Assembly (NCBI GenBank): GCA_027493885.1
Contig: JAOSJZ010000001.1
Coordinates: 1,790,622 to 1,854,621 of the forward strand
Reading direction: 5' to 3'
Length of the DNA stretch: 64,000 nt
DNA from: Gaiella sp.
Lineage (GTDB): Bacteria > Actinomycetota > Thermoleophilia > Gaiellales > Gaiellaceae
A program made the position numbers and the translations under genes. Under the pieces are notes generated by a model. It made no database searches. It was given only the letters and a program-made list of their open reading frames with translations, and had not been told where the DNA came from. Of the stretch, positions 51,152 to 61,501 are shown in pieces; the stretch's first letter is position 1, and every line of letters begins with the position of its first letter.

Positions 51152-52105
51152 TCAGAAGTTCTCCGATGATTCGCAGGCGTGGAACGCCCACCCCGGGATA
51201 GGCGCTCTAAGCTCGGCGCCAACATGGCGGAACGCATTAACAGTCTCCGCCACGGCCGGAATCCGGAGCATGCCCTGGCGAGTCTCAAGCAGCACCTCCC
51301 GCGTCGGGGTTGGACTGAGGCTCCCAAATACGAGGTCCGGATGGCGGCTGGCAACCCCAGAGAGTGCCGGGAGCAGAGCGACCCCGAACCCGGCTGCTAC
51401 GAGCGCCTGAGCAGCGACATGGTCATCGAGCTGATGGGTGACCCTAGGCTCAAAGCCAGCATCACGACAAATGTGCTCGAGATGGGGTCGGTGGAGGCCT
51501 GCGATCCAATCCTCATCGGCCAGATCGGCCAACCGCACCTTGCGACGACCCGCGAGCCGATGGCTTCGCGGCAGAGCGACTCGGATGTCCTCCGTAAACA
51601 ACCTGATGCGGACGAGATCCCTGTCTCTATTACCGGTTGGGATTGGGAGCACACTGTAACGAAACACGACTGCGATGTCATACGCCCCTTGAACGAGCAA
51701 GTCACGGGCGACTTCGGGACGTGCTTCGCGAAAGGTCAGCGTGAGATTCGGAGTTCGCTGGCGGAGATGGTCGAGCGTTCTTGGCACGAGAGCCGCGCTA
51801 GCAGTGGAGAACGCAACAACACGCACTCTTCCCGCACCGAGACTGCCGAGACTGGCGATCTCGCGTTCGGCAGACTCGAGCAGCGCGAGCGCGGCCGACC
51901 CGCGTTCGAGCAGGATCTCCGCGGCCTCCGTTAGCATCAGTCGACGACCTTGCCGTAACACGAGCGTCACCCCGAGTCGCGCCTCGAGCCTCCTGATTCG
52001 CTGGCCTACGGCCGGCTGGCTGTAGCCAAGTGTTCGCGCCGCGCCGCTGAAGGAGCGTGCGTCGGCGACAGCCCGGATCATCCGGAGCTCGGCGACATCG
52101 ACCAT
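51152..52105 (-). CDS. LysR-family transcriptional regulator
   Basis: RSFSGAARTLGYSQPAVGQRIRRLEARLG..LTEA; C-terminal effector domain. Confidence 0.93.
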   Translation of the reverse strand: MVDVAELRMIRAVADARSFSGAARTLGYSQPAVGQRIRRLEARLGVTLVLRQGRRLMLTEAAEILLERGSAALALLESAEREIASLGSLGAGRVRVVAFSTASAALVPRTLDHLRQRTPNLTLTFREARPEVARDLLVQGAYDIAVVFRYSVLPIPTGNRDRDLVRIRLFTEDIRVALPRSHRLAGRRKVRLADLADEDWIAGLHRPHLEHICRDAGFEPRVTHQLDDHVAAQALVAAGFGVALLPALSGVASRHPDLVFGSLSPTPTREVLLETRQGMLRIPAVAETVNAFRHVGAELRAPIPGWAFHACESSENF

Positions 52106-52405
52106 GACGACAATCTAAAACATTCGGTTTCTCAAGAGCAAGCATATTCTCTCTTGACTTCTACACGAGGGTTTGGCAGCGTGACTAGGGTGGTGGCAGC
52201 GCGGCAAGAACGCGTGAAGTGCAGGCTTCCCGCGTCGCCCATCAGCTGTACCGTCTCCAGACGTAACGCACTTTGGATTCAATGGTGCGTCGATCGCAAG
52301 CTCCTCGACCTATCAAGCGACGAGGCGTGCTCTGTCCCGAGCCGCCAGCGGAGAAGCTGACGAAGGTGACGGTCCTGCAGTCGCCCTCTTGGAGACACCG
52401 GGCCG
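52037..52405 (+). promoter_or_regulatory. LysR 5' end plus divergent promoter/leader, copy A
   Basis: TCAAGAG-N12-CTCTTGA dyad (52132-52157) overlapping TTGACT (52154-52159); homologous in inverted orientation to 61502-61886. Confidence 0.75.
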
Positions 52406-52472
52406 TTTGTGGCGCGCCAGTGCTCCGTGCCGCGGACGGATACGTGAGTCAGGAACGACGAAAGGAAGGGTG

Positions 52473-53081
52473 ATGTACTCCCGCTACTCCGCATTCACCT
52501 TCGATGACGAGGCCCGCGGGCGCGCGATGGCGTTCTGGAGTGACGTCGGTGCGCCCGTCGCGGCAACCCAACCGGGCTTCCAGCTAGCGACCATCCTCGA
52601 GTCCGATGAGACTCCCGGCCGATTGCGCACTCTCACTGTCTGGCGGCGCCAGGAGGACTTCGAACGCTTCTACTCAAGCGACGACCACCAGGTCATCAAT
52701 GCGAGGATCCGCGAGTCGGGCCTTCGGATAGACGATCGCGATGGCCTGACTGTCAGGCATCTTGTCGAGCCCGAAGCCGGTGAGGTGCGACTGATCCGCG
52801 CGCGCGTGCCGGTGGAGCGACTCGATGAGGTGGTCGGGTTCTGGCGCCGCACCGGACGGGCAATCATCGAGTCGCAGCCGGGCTGTGTGCGTGCGCGGGC
52901 GTTCATCGACCGCGATCAGTCTCTGTTGATCCTGCAGATTCACTGGCGCAGTGCCTCGGATGGAAGGGCCTTTGTTGAATCCGAGCAGCACGAGACTGAG
53001 TTCGTCGCCGGGCTTGGCCCGGGCGTTGAACGACTCGAGCGGCTTCATCTCGAGTCCATCGACCAGGGCGGGGCCTCATGA
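52473..53081 (+). CDS. Tandem two-domain ABM (dimeric alpha-beta barrel) protein
   Basis: Two repeats: QPGFQ..TVWRRQEDFERF..H and QPGCV..HWRSASDGRAF..H; GGAAGG RBS. Confidence 0.7.
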   Translation: MYSRYSAFTFDDEARGRAMAFWSDVGAPVAATQPGFQLATILESDETPGRLRTLTVWRRQEDFERFYSSDDHQVINARIRESGLRIDDRDGLTVRHLVEPEAGEVRLIRARVPVERLDEVVGFWRRTGRAIIESQPGCVRARAFIDRDQSLLILQIHWRSASDGRAFVESEQHETEFVAGLGPGVERLERLHLESIDQGGAS

Positions 53082-54160
53082 AGAAGGGACTGGGGCTTCT
53101 CGGTGTGGCCGGAACGACTCCTTTGTCGGAGGTGTGTCAGCGTGCATTGGCGCTTTTTGACGACCACCCGACGATCGAGGTCCGCGCGCTGATCGCCGAC
53201 GACCCGGCAGACGTCGGCCGCTCCTTCGGCGAAGTCACCGTCGGCCGGTGGCTCCGACCTGAGCCCGTTCCCGAGCGCTGGGTCGACACTCCCCTGGCCG
53301 GTATCGACGACGACTTGAGGACGGCCGGTGTCGACCTTGTCCTTTCGTCCTTGATAGGCCCTCGCGCTCGGGAACTGGATCCAGTTGTGGCAGCGCTCGG
53401 ACTACCGGTCGTCTCCGAGTCGATGGGACTGCGTCTTGAGCCGGACGTACCCCTAGTCGTGCCAGAGGTGAACCCTGAGCACATCGGGCTCGTTGAACAC
53501 CAGCGAAGCACGCGCGGGTGGAAGGGGTACATCGTCGCGAGCCCGCTCTGCACCGCCGTGATAGCGGCGCTTGTCCAGAAGCCGCTCGACATCGTGTTCG
53601 GGGTTGACTCGCTCGTCGTCACATCCCTACAGGCACTGTCGGGCGCGGGACCCAGCGGCGTGCCGGCGATGGCGAGCCTGGACAATGTGCTACCACACAT
53701 CGACGGGGAGGAGGAGAAGCTCTCGGCTGAGCTCCCCAAGATACTCGGAAAGGTCGAAGGCACTGCCATCCGACCACACGACGCGCAGATCGCTGCCACG
53801 TGTACACGCGTCGGTGTGCGTCATGGTCACACTTTGTCGATGACGTTCGGGCTAACCTCGCCCGCCACGGCGGGCGAGGTTAGCGAAGTGCTGATGAGCT
53901 TCCGCGGCTCCTGGCCCGCGGGCACAGCCTCGCTGCGCCCCGATGCCCCGCTAACAGTCGAGTCGGCGGCAGCCCGCCCACAGCCACTCTTAGATCGTGA
54001 CCGTGATGGCGGCCGGGTCGTGACGGTGGGCCGTGTGCGGGAGCAGGCGACGCCAGCGAACGGCATCGGACTCGTGGCGGTCGGGCACAACCACGAACGG
54101 GGAACGTGGGGAAACGCCGCGATGCTCTGCGAGCACCTCGTCGCTGATGGCTGGGCCTGA
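53078..54160 (+). CDS. Divergent aspartate-semialdehyde dehydrogenase-like protein
   Basis: PDVPLVVPEVNPEH, PLCT, SLQALSGAG, GEEEKL, ATCTRVGVRHGH, GHNHERG; Rossmann GxTG motif degenerate. Confidence 0.8.
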   Translation: MKKGLGLLGVAGTTPLSEVCQRALALFDDHPTIEVRALIADDPADVGRSFGEVTVGRWLRPEPVPERWVDTPLAGIDDDLRTAGVDLVLSSLIGPRARELDPVVAALGLPVVSESMGLRLEPDVPLVVPEVNPEHIGLVEHQRSTRGWKGYIVASPLCTAVIAALVQKPLDIVFGVDSLVVTSLQALSGAGPSGVPAMASLDNVLPHIDGEEEKLSAELPKILGKVEGTAIRPHDAQIAATCTRVGVRHGHTLSMTFGLTSPATAGEVSEVLMSFRGSWPAGTASLRPDAPLTVESAAARPQPLLDRDRDGGRVVTVGRVREQATPANGIGLVAVGHNHERGTWGNAAMLCEHLVADGWA

Positions 54161-55184
54161 ACAATCGCCGACGTCGGCCCGAGAGGCCGTCAGCGTTACG
54201 ACGACCCCGGAAGCCCTACAATGCGCGGTGCGCGCAGCGATTCGGGTGCCCGGACTCGCTGGAGACCTCACCGCTGCGGCGCTGGTCGAGGCTGAGCAGC
54301 TCGGCGAGCGTCGCTTCGGCGTTTCTCTTCTCTCCGGCGTCGCACGCGATGAGGAGCGGTGTGACTTGCCCTGCTTCGACAATGCGAACCGAGTCGCCGA
54401 GCTTTGTTGCGCCGCGGGCCTCTTCGGACCAGTCGTCGTAGCATCGGTGGCTGAGCGGATGGTCGCAGCCGCACGATCGGGCGGCGTAGGAATCGCCGTA
54501 CTTCGGAATCTCGGTGCCCTTGGGCGTCTCGCACCGTACGTGCGCTGGGTGGCGACCGAAGGTCTTGTCGGAGTGCTCGCGGTCGATGCGCCACCGTTCG
54601 TCGCTCCCTACGGAGGGAGCGCTGCTGTCCTCGGGACGAACCCGATCGCATTTGCGCTACCGGCGAAACCTCGTCCTATCGTTGTCGACGTCAGCACAAG
54701 TTCGATCACCATGGCTGGCCTGCGCGATGCTCAAGCGGCGGGCCGAGATCTCCCTCTTGGAGTCGCGCTGAATAGCGACGGCCTATCAACCGCGGACATC
54801 GACGAGGCGGTGTCTGCCACACCGCGCGGCGGACTGATGGGCACTCTCCTGGCGCTCCTCGTCGAGTCTCTCACCGGTGGGCTGTCTGGCGTCCTACCTG
54901 GCCCTGAAAAGCGTACGGGTACGTTGCTCGTGCTACGTCCCGTGGACGCAAAGCCGCTCGTCGGCACCCGACTCGTAGAGTCCTTCGAGAAAGTCGGAGC
55001 GCGCGCTCCGGGACTTGGGCCTACGCCGGAGGCCGAACGTATTACGCTTGAGCCCACAACCGTGTACATACTTGATCGCCTCGTGCCGGGGTGGCGCGAC
55101 GATGAGTTCGTTGAGGCACGAGCGGCTCGGCCATCTCGTAACACATTCCCAAAGGTCAGTGGATCACGAGATCGACCACCGTGA
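54147..55184 (+). CDS. Ldh_2-family (AllD/DpkA/ComC-like) oxidoreductase
   Basis: VAPYGGSAAVLGTNPIAFA, VDVSTS, ALNSDG..T.D, GTLLALLVESL. Confidence 0.75.
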   Translation: MAGPEQSPTSAREAVSVTTTPEALQCAVRAAIRVPGLAGDLTAAALVEAEQLGERRFGVSLLSGVARDEERCDLPCFDNANRVAELCCAAGLFGPVVVASVAERMVAAARSGGVGIAVLRNLGALGRLAPYVRWVATEGLVGVLAVDAPPFVAPYGGSAAVLGTNPIAFALPAKPRPIVVDVSTSSITMAGLRDAQAAGRDLPLGVALNSDGLSTADIDEAVSATPRGGLMGTLLALLVESLTGGLSGVLPGPEKRTGTLLVLRPVDAKPLVGTRLVESFEKVGARAPGLGPTPEAERITLEPTTVYILDRLVPGWRDDEFVEARAARPSRNTFPKVSGSRDRPP

Positions 55185-56890
55185 CCGTGGTCTCCGACAG
55201 CGTGCTCGTGAACAAGATCCGAGAGTCCGTGATCGGCGACGATCAGGTGATGCAGGGTCCATTCGGCGCTCGTCGCATCACCTACGCAGACTACACGGCG
55301 AGCGGCCGTTCACTCACCTTCATCGAGGATGTCATCCGAGATGAAGTACTTCCGCGCTACGCAAATACACATACCGAATCGTCGGGCACCGGATTGCAGA
55401 CAACCCGTCTGCGAGAGGATGCCCGCCGCATCATCCGGGACGCGGTCGGCGGCGACGATGACACGTGCGTGATCTTCTGTGGCTCCGGCGCCACAGGTGC
55501 AGTTGACAAGCTCGTTGGCATCCTCGGCATCCGCATCCCATCCGAACTCGACGACCACTACAAGCTCTCGCGCCACATTCCGGAAGATGAGCGGCCAATC
55601 GTTTTTGTCGGGCCGTTCGAGCACCACTCGAACGAACTGCCCTGGCGTGAGTCAATAGCGGACGTTATCGAGATTCCCGAGGACGTGGATGGCCACATCG
55701 ACCTAGGGCGACTTGAGGCAGAACTCGTGCGCTACGCGGCTCGTCCGCTCAAGATCGCGTCATTCTCGGCCGCCTCCAACGTGACGGGCATTCTCTCCAA
55801 CACGTGCGCGATCGCGGATCTCGCGCACCAACACGGGGCTCTTTCGTTCTGGGACTACGCTGCAGCTGCGCCCTACATTGGGATCGAAATGTATCCCTAT
55901 TGCGACAGTCATCCGCTCGGATACAAGGACGCGGTGTTCTTCAGCCCGCATAAGTTCGTTGGCGGGCCCGAGACTCCCGGCGTGCTGGTCGTACGGCGGG
56001 AGCTACTGCGTAATCGAGTGCCTGACATCGTCGGTGGCGGCACTGTTGCCTACGTCAACGACCGCGAACACCGGTATCTGAGGGATCCCGTGCACCGCGA
56101 AGAAGGCGGAACACCGGCAATTGTTGGCGCGATTCGCGCTGGCCTCGTCGTACAACTCAAGCAAGCGGTCGGCATCGACGTTATCCGGGCGCGAGAGGCG
56201 GCCTTCTGGCGGCGCGCCGTCGGCCGCTGGACGGAGAACCCCGCGATCGAAATTCTTGGCAATGCCAACGTAGAAAGGCTCTCGATCGTCTCGTTCGTCG
56301 TGCGGAGACCGAACGCCCGGTACCTACATCACAACTATGTCGTCGCCCTGCTCAATGACCTCTTCGGCATCCAGGCACGCGGAGGGTGCTCATGCGCGGG
56401 CCCGTACGGTCATAGACTCCTCGGGATCGACACCGCGCGCTCCCGCGAGTTCGAGACTGCGATTACTCGAGGATACGAGGGGATCAAGCCCGGCTGGACG
56501 CGTGTCTCGTTCAACTACTTCATCTCTGACACGGTATTCGAGTACATCGTCTCTGCCGTCGATCTGGTCGCGGCCGACGGGTGGCGCCTTCTGCCCGCCT
56601 ACCGATTTGACCCTGCCAGCGGACTCTGGCGTCACGGGGAGGGCCCCCGTGAGCCAGCACTGCGCCTGAACGCGCTATCGTACGATCCGGCGACCGGCGA
56701 CTTGAGATTGCCCGAAGTTCCTCACGACCGCGCGCCGGAGTCGGCGCTCGCCATCCACTTGGAAGATGGGAGACGGATCCTCGCGTCTGCAACTCCCGAC
56801 GAGATGGACGACGGCGACCTCGGTGCCGTAATCGGCGCCGGCTTCGAGCACCTCCGGTGGTTCGACCTCCCCCCGTCCTGTCTTGCTTAA
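55181..56890 (+). CDS. Class-V PLP enzyme (cysteine-desulfurase-like)
   Basis: YADYTASGR, YANTHTE, EHHSNEL, SAASNVTG, WDYAAAAP, FSPHKFVGG, EEGGTP, RGGCSCAGPY. Confidence 0.88.
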   Translation: MTVVSDSVLVNKIRESVIGDDQVMQGPFGARRITYADYTASGRSLTFIEDVIRDEVLPRYANTHTESSGTGLQTTRLREDARRIIRDAVGGDDDTCVIFCGSGATGAVDKLVGILGIRIPSELDDHYKLSRHIPEDERPIVFVGPFEHHSNELPWRESIADVIEIPEDVDGHIDLGRLEAELVRYAARPLKIASFSAASNVTGILSNTCAIADLAHQHGALSFWDYAAAAPYIGIEMYPYCDSHPLGYKDAVFFSPHKFVGGPETPGVLVVRRELLRNRVPDIVGGGTVAYVNDREHRYLRDPVHREEGGTPAIVGAIRAGLVVQLKQAVGIDVIRAREAAFWRRAVGRWTENPAIEILGNANVERLSIVSFVVRRPNARYLHHNYVVALLNDLFGIQARGGCSCAGPYGHRLLGIDTARSREFETAITRGYEGIKPGWTRVSFNYFISDTVFEYIVSAVDLVAADGWRLLPAYRFDPASGLWRHGEGPREPALRLNALSYDPATGDLRLPEVPHDRAPESALAIHLEDGRRILASATPDEMDDGDLGAVIGAGFEHLRWFDLPPSCLA

Positions 56891-57035
56891 GTGCTCCCGG
56901 CCGTCAGTTCGCTCGCCATCATGCCGCGAGCTGAAGTTGAGAGACGACGGACTGGCGTCTGAACCCGAAGCCGTTTCACGCGAACGACAGGCTCTGCGTC
57001 GGAGTTCGCTACGTCGCTCTACCGTCCAGATCGAC

Positions 57036-58022
57036 TCAAGTATCGTACGCTCGCCAGCAAGCGACCTCCCTTCCGTTCGGCGCAGGAATGAATGGCGGTG
57101 GCTCTACGCAGCGGTCGAACGCGATCGGGCAACGAGGCGCGAACGGGCAGCCCGGCGGGGGGTCGATCATGTTCGGCGGCGATCCGTCAATGCCGATCAT
57201 TCGGTGCTGAGCGAGGTCGATCCGTGGCGTCGAGCGCAGGAGGCCGGCGGTGTAGGGATGGCCAGGATGCTGAAAAACATCTGTAGCACTCCCGCGCTCC
57301 ATGATCTTGCCGCCGTACATGACCACGACGCGATCGCACACCCCCGCCACGACGCCGAGGTCGTGTGTGACGAGCAGCACGGCCAGTCCGAGTCGCTGCT
57401 GGATCTCGCCGATCAACTCGAGGATCTGCGCCTGGATCGTCACGTCCAGCGCGGTCGTCGGCTCGTCGGCGATGAGGAGCTCGGGCTCGCATGCGAGCGC
57501 CATCGCGATCAGTGCGCGCTGCCGCTGGCCGCCGGACAATTCGTGCGGATACGCCTTGGCGCGCTCCCGCGGCGATGGGATGCCGACGAGGTCGAGCAGC
57601 TCGACGACGCGTTCCTCCGCCCGCTTGCGCCCCATCCCGAGATGGTGGCGAAGCACCTCGCCGATCTGCCAGCGGAGGGTGAACAGCGGATTGAGCGATG
57701 TCATGGGATCCTGGAAGACGATCGCGAGCTCCTTCCCGCGGACCTGCTTGACCCACTTCAGTCCGGCGCGGTTAAGGAGGGAACTCCCCTTCCAACGCAC
57801 GTCGCCGCCGGTGATCTTTCCCGGGAGGTCAATCAAGCCGAGGATCGCGAGCGAGGTCACGCTCTTGCCCGACCCGGATTCGCCCACGAGTCCGACGGTT
57901 TCGCCTCGTGCGATGTCGAAGGTCGTGCCACGCACAGCCCGGACGACGCCGTGTTGCGTGAAGAAGCTGACCTCGAGCTTCTCGACCTCGAGTAGCGGCA
58001 CGCGGTGCCCGCTCTCGCTCAC
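57036..58022 (-). CDS. Oligopeptide/dipeptide ABC ATPase (DppD-like)
   Basis: GESGSGKS, FQDPMTSLNP, LSGGQRQR, ADEPTTALD, HPYTAGLL, GCPFAPRC. Confidence 0.93.
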   Translation of the reverse strand: MSESGHRVPLLEVEKLEVSFFTQHGVVRAVRGTTFDIARGETVGLVGESGSGKSVTSLAILGLIDLPGKITGGDVRWKGSSLLNRAGLKWVKQVRGKELAIVFQDPMTSLNPLFTLRWQIGEVLRHHLGMGRKRAEERVVELLDLVGIPSPRERAKAYPHELSGGQRQRALIAMALACEPELLIADEPTTALDVTIQAQILELIGEIQQRLGLAVLLVTHDLGVVAGVCDRVVVMYGGKIMERGSATDVFQHPGHPYTAGLLRSTPRIDLAQHRMIGIDGSPPNMIDPPPGCPFAPRCPIAFDRCVEPPPFIPAPNGREVACWRAYDT

Positions 58023-58987
58023 CTCGTCTCGGTGGTCTGGGTCAACCTCGAGGTCTGCGCGAAGCGGCGATCCCTCTGCTGCGGGTCGGCCGCCACGCGC
58101 AGCCAGCTCGCGAACAGATTGACTGCGAGCACGAGGACAGAGATCGCGATCCCGGGCCAGGTCGCCACCCACCATGCGGTGAAGAGATACTCGCGGCCGG
58201 ACGCAACCATCAGCCCCCACGAGACCTCTGGCGGCTGGATGCCGAGTCCGAGAAAGGAAAGCGCCGCCTCCGCCACCACAATCCCGGCGAACTCGAGGAC
58301 GGCGAGCGTCAGAAGGGGCGAGGCTAGATGGGGGAGGATATGCTTGAAGATCACGCGGCGCGGCTTGCATCCGACGATCTCGGCCGCCTCGACGTAGGGC
58401 GTTTCTCGTGCCTGCAGCACGATTCCACGCGTCATACGAGCGTAAACCATCCAGCCGTTCAGGGCCAGAACGACGATCACCGACTTCAGGCTCGGCGGGA
58501 CGACCGTAAGGATCGTGAGGGCGAGCAACAGGCCGGGGAAGGCGACCTGAACGTCGACCACTCGCATCACGGTCGAGTCCCACCTGCCGCCGCGGTAGCC
58601 TGCGAAAAGCCCTAGCACGATCCCGAATGTGCCTGAGAGGAGTACGACCGCACCGCCCACCACAAGGGACGTACGGGCTCCGTAGAGCAGCTGCGAAAGC
58701 TCGTCCTTGCCGACGCCATCGGTGCCGAGCGGATGGTCCCAAGACTGGAAGGGCGGTGTCAGCCGGTTCAGCAGTGACTGCTCGCTTGGCTCGTGCGGTG
58801 CGAGCCAGGGCGCGAAGACCGCACAAGCGATGATCAATACGATGACCGTGAGGCCGAGCAGTCCCGCCTTGTCCAACCAGAGCTCAGACAGGCCCGAGCG
58901 GAGAGCGTGGCTGACCCCGTAGAGCCGCCCACGGACAACGTCCCGCTCGTGGCCCGCGTCGACGGATTCCCGCGTCGTCGACGACAT
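58019..58987 (-). CDS. Peptide ABC permease (DppC-like)
   Basis: HPLGTD..G.D, YVEAAEIVG, KHILP, EAALSFLGLG. Confidence 0.92.
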   Translation of the reverse strand: MSSTTRESVDAGHERDVVRGRLYGVSHALRSGLSELWLDKAGLLGLTVIVLIIACAVFAPWLAPHEPSEQSLLNRLTPPFQSWDHPLGTDGVGKDELSQLLYGARTSLVVGGAVVLLSGTFGIVLGLFAGYRGGRWDSTVMRVVDVQVAFPGLLLALTILTVVPPSLKSVIVVLALNGWMVYARMTRGIVLQARETPYVEAAEIVGCKPRRVIFKHILPHLASPLLTLAVLEFAGIVVAEAALSFLGLGIQPPEVSWGLMVASGREYLFTAWWVATWPGIAISVLVLAVNLFASWLRVAADPQQRDRRFAQTSRLTQTTETR

Positions 58988-59908
58988 TCAGCCGAGCTTG
59001 ATCCTGGGGTCGACGACCCGGTAGAGAATGTCGATGCCGACGTTGACGAAGACGACGAGGACAGCCACGACCAGCACAATCGTCTGCACGAGGAACACGT
59101 CCTGTTCCCTGACCGCCTGGAAGGCGAGGTACCCGACCCCGGGCCAGGCAAAGACCGTTTCGACAGTTACCGCGTAGCCCGCGAGCGCTCGCATCAACTC
59201 CCAACCCGAGAGCGTGAGTACGGGAATCAACGCGTTTCGAAGGGCATGGATGCCGACGACGCGCCATCGTGGGATTCCTTTGGCTTTCGCCGTCTGGACG
59301 TATGCCTGGCCGAGCTGGTCGATCATCGACGACCGCGCGATCATCGTCAGCCTCCCGACCGCGGGGAGGGCGAGCGTCAGCGCGGGCAGAATCAGGTGCT
59401 CGATGCCTCCCTTCCCCGACGCGGGCAGGACGCCAAGCTCCACAGCGAAGAAGAGGATCAAGAGGATTCCGAGGAAGAACTCCGGTACGGACAGCCCGAG
59501 CAGGCTGAGAGAGACGCTCATCCGGTCGACCAGGCTGCCGGGCCGCACAGCCGCGACCACACCGAGGGGCACGGCGATCAGGATCGCGAGCGCTATACCG
59601 GCGAAGACGAGCTCGAACGTCGCCGGCAGGTGCTCGAGCACGATGCTGATCGTCGGACGATCCTGCAGCAGTGATGTCCCGAAGTCGCCGCGCGCTAGGT
59701 TGGTGATGTACTCGCCGAACTGCTCCAGAATGGGCCGGTCGAACCCGAGTTGGTGTCGAAGAGCCGCGCGCTGCTCGTGCGTCGCCTCGAACGGGAGTAT
59801 AACCCCGACCGGGTCGCCCACGAGCCGGCTCGTCGCAAACACGACGATCGCGACGCAGAACACGACCACGACGCCATGGACGATCCTACCGATCGCGAAC
59901 CGGCCCAC
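58988..59908 (-). CDS. Peptide ABC permease (DppB-like)
   Basis: LGFDRP, GDFGTS, YVQTAKAKG, HALRNA, ETVFAWPGVG. Confidence 0.92.
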   Translation of the reverse strand: MGRFAIGRIVHGVVVVFCVAIVVFATSRLVGDPVGVILPFEATHEQRAALRHQLGFDRPILEQFGEYITNLARGDFGTSLLQDRPTISIVLEHLPATFELVFAGIALAILIAVPLGVVAAVRPGSLVDRMSVSLSLLGLSVPEFFLGILLILFFAVELGVLPASGKGGIEHLILPALTLALPAVGRLTMIARSSMIDQLGQAYVQTAKAKGIPRWRVVGIHALRNALIPVLTLSGWELMRALAGYAVTVETVFAWPGVGYLAFQAVREQDVFLVQTIVLVVAVLVVFVNVGIDILYRVVDPRIKLG

Positions 59909-59932
59909 TGTGGAGTTCCTTCTATGCCATTC

Positions 59933-61471
59933 CTAGCCCACAAACCTCATCGTGTTGACGAAGATGTAGCCGTCGCTGCGCGGCTGCCACCGGAGGTTCT
60001 CGTCCATGCCCCAGAGCGTCGAAAAGTTGACGAGCCAGGTGAAATACGCCTGCTGACGTGCCCTGCGGATGGCCAAGTGGTAGAGGTTGGCCCGCTTGTT
60101 CTCGTTCAGCTCACTCCGCGCCTTGTCGATCCACTGCTTGAGACGCTGGTCGGCATTCGAGGAAGCGATGCCGGACGGCGCGTAGTACATCGTGAGTTGT
60201 TGGTCGGCGTCGTAGAGGTCGGTCGAACTCGAGATGAAGATCGCGTCGGGCCGCCGCTTCGGGTCGACGAGCCGGCTCACGAACTCCCGGAAGTCGTAGA
60301 TCTTGACGTCGACCTCGAGACCTATTGCACGCCATGACTGCGTCACGACCTCGATCAGCTCGCGGTCCTTGAGCCAGCGGCCGGAGGTACCAACGACGTT
60401 GACCGTCTTGCCCGTCGCACCTGCCTCCTCGATCAACTGCTTCGCCCTGGCGACGTTGTGCGGGTAGGCCTTGGTCGCCTTGTCGAAGCCGAACACTGAC
60501 GGGCTCAGCACTTGCCCGGCGTCGACGGTCGCGTAGCCGAGGAACAGTTTGCTCGCGATCGCCTTCTTGTCGATCGCGTAGTTCATCGCCTGACGCACCC
60601 TGACGTCTGCCGTCACCTGGCTCCCGGGCCGTGCGTTAAGGACGAACTTCGGGTGCTCGGTGGACGGAACCGAGAGCACCTTCGGTGCGCGCTTGGCGTT
60701 CTCCGGGATCAGATTCGTGATGAGGTCGAAATTGCCGGCGACGAGACCCGCGAGCTGCGTTGAGCCCTCGGGCACGAACTTGAACGTCACCGTCCGGATC
60801 GACGGCTTGGGTTTGCCCCAGTAGTCCGGATTGGCGGTCAGCGTGATGTGATCGCCGCGCGCCCATTCGGAAAAAACGTACGGCCCCGTCCCGACGGGCC
60901 TGTTTGCGAAGTCGGGCAGACTCTTCCAGTCGGCGGGCATAATCCGCATGTAGCTCATCCGCGACGGAAAGATCGGATCGGCACCCTTCGTGAGGATGTC
61001 GACGGTCAGGTCGTTGACCTTCTTCGCCCCCTTGATCGTACCGAGCCAGGAGGCCTGTTCGGTGACCACCTTCGGCTCGAGGAGATGCCTAACAGTCGCG
61101 ACGACCGAGTCGGCGTTAAAAGGCGTGCCGTTCGAGAACCTAATCCCGGGGCGCAGCTTGAACCGCCACGCGGAACGCGACACGCGTCTCGGATGGTGGC
61201 TCGCGAGCTTCGGATACAAGCGCGAACCGTTGGGCGTGCGGCCCAACAGTGTGTCGAAGACGTTCTGCGTTACGGCGCGCTGGTTGCCGTCGTCCCGTAC
61301 GAGCGGGTCGAGCGTTGATGGCTCCCCACCGATCGCGATCGTGATCGATTCCGCTGTGGCATGCGTCGATGTAGATGTCGCGTCAGCGGCACTCGCCGCG
61401 CTCAGCGCTGCTGACGCGACTGTCGCGACGACGACGGCCGAGATCGCCGCCATAGTGTGACGTCTCATCAT
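59933..61471 (-). CDS. Family-5 ABC substrate-binding protein (DppA-like)
   Basis: EPSTLDP, FKLRPGIRFSNG, PVGTGPY, NPDYWG, VRQAMNYAID; signal peptide without lipobox. Confidence 0.92.
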   Translation of the reverse strand: MMRRHTMAAISAVVVATVASAALSAASAADATSTSTHATAESITIAIGGEPSTLDPLVRDDGNQRAVTQNVFDTLLGRTPNGSRLYPKLASHHPRRVSRSAWRFKLRPGIRFSNGTPFNADSVVATVRHLLEPKVVTEQASWLGTIKGAKKVNDLTVDILTKGADPIFPSRMSYMRIMPADWKSLPDFANRPVGTGPYVFSEWARGDHITLTANPDYWGKPKPSIRTVTFKFVPEGSTQLAGLVAGNFDLITNLIPENAKRAPKVLSVPSTEHPKFVLNARPGSQVTADVRVRQAMNYAIDKKAIASKLFLGYATVDAGQVLSPSVFGFDKATKAYPHNVARAKQLIEEAGATGKTVNVVGTSGRWLKDRELIEVVTQSWRAIGLEVDVKIYDFREFVSRLVDPKRRPDAIFISSSTDLYDADQQLTMYYAPSGIASSNADQRLKQWIDKARSELNENKRANLYHLAIRRARQQAYFTWLVNFSTLWGMDENLRWQPRSDGYIFVNTMRFVG

Positions 61472-61501
61472 GCTTCTCCTCTCGAGATCGTGGACGAGGC
61501 A

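Noticed and set aside
52186-52204. GGTGGCAGCGCG resembling a T-box antiterminator
   Set aside because: Mismatch to GGTGGNACCGCG, altered in copy B, too close to the promoter for stem I, and no terminator follows.
52345-52405. Conserved leader block as a glycine riboswitch
   Set aside because: Only loose GGAGA..CGAAGG..CTCT similarity; CTCTCAGG and the P2 stem are missing, so it is kept as an unknown motif.
53078-54160. Housekeeping asd
   Set aside because: Degenerate nucleotide-binding loop and island context; treated as a paralog.
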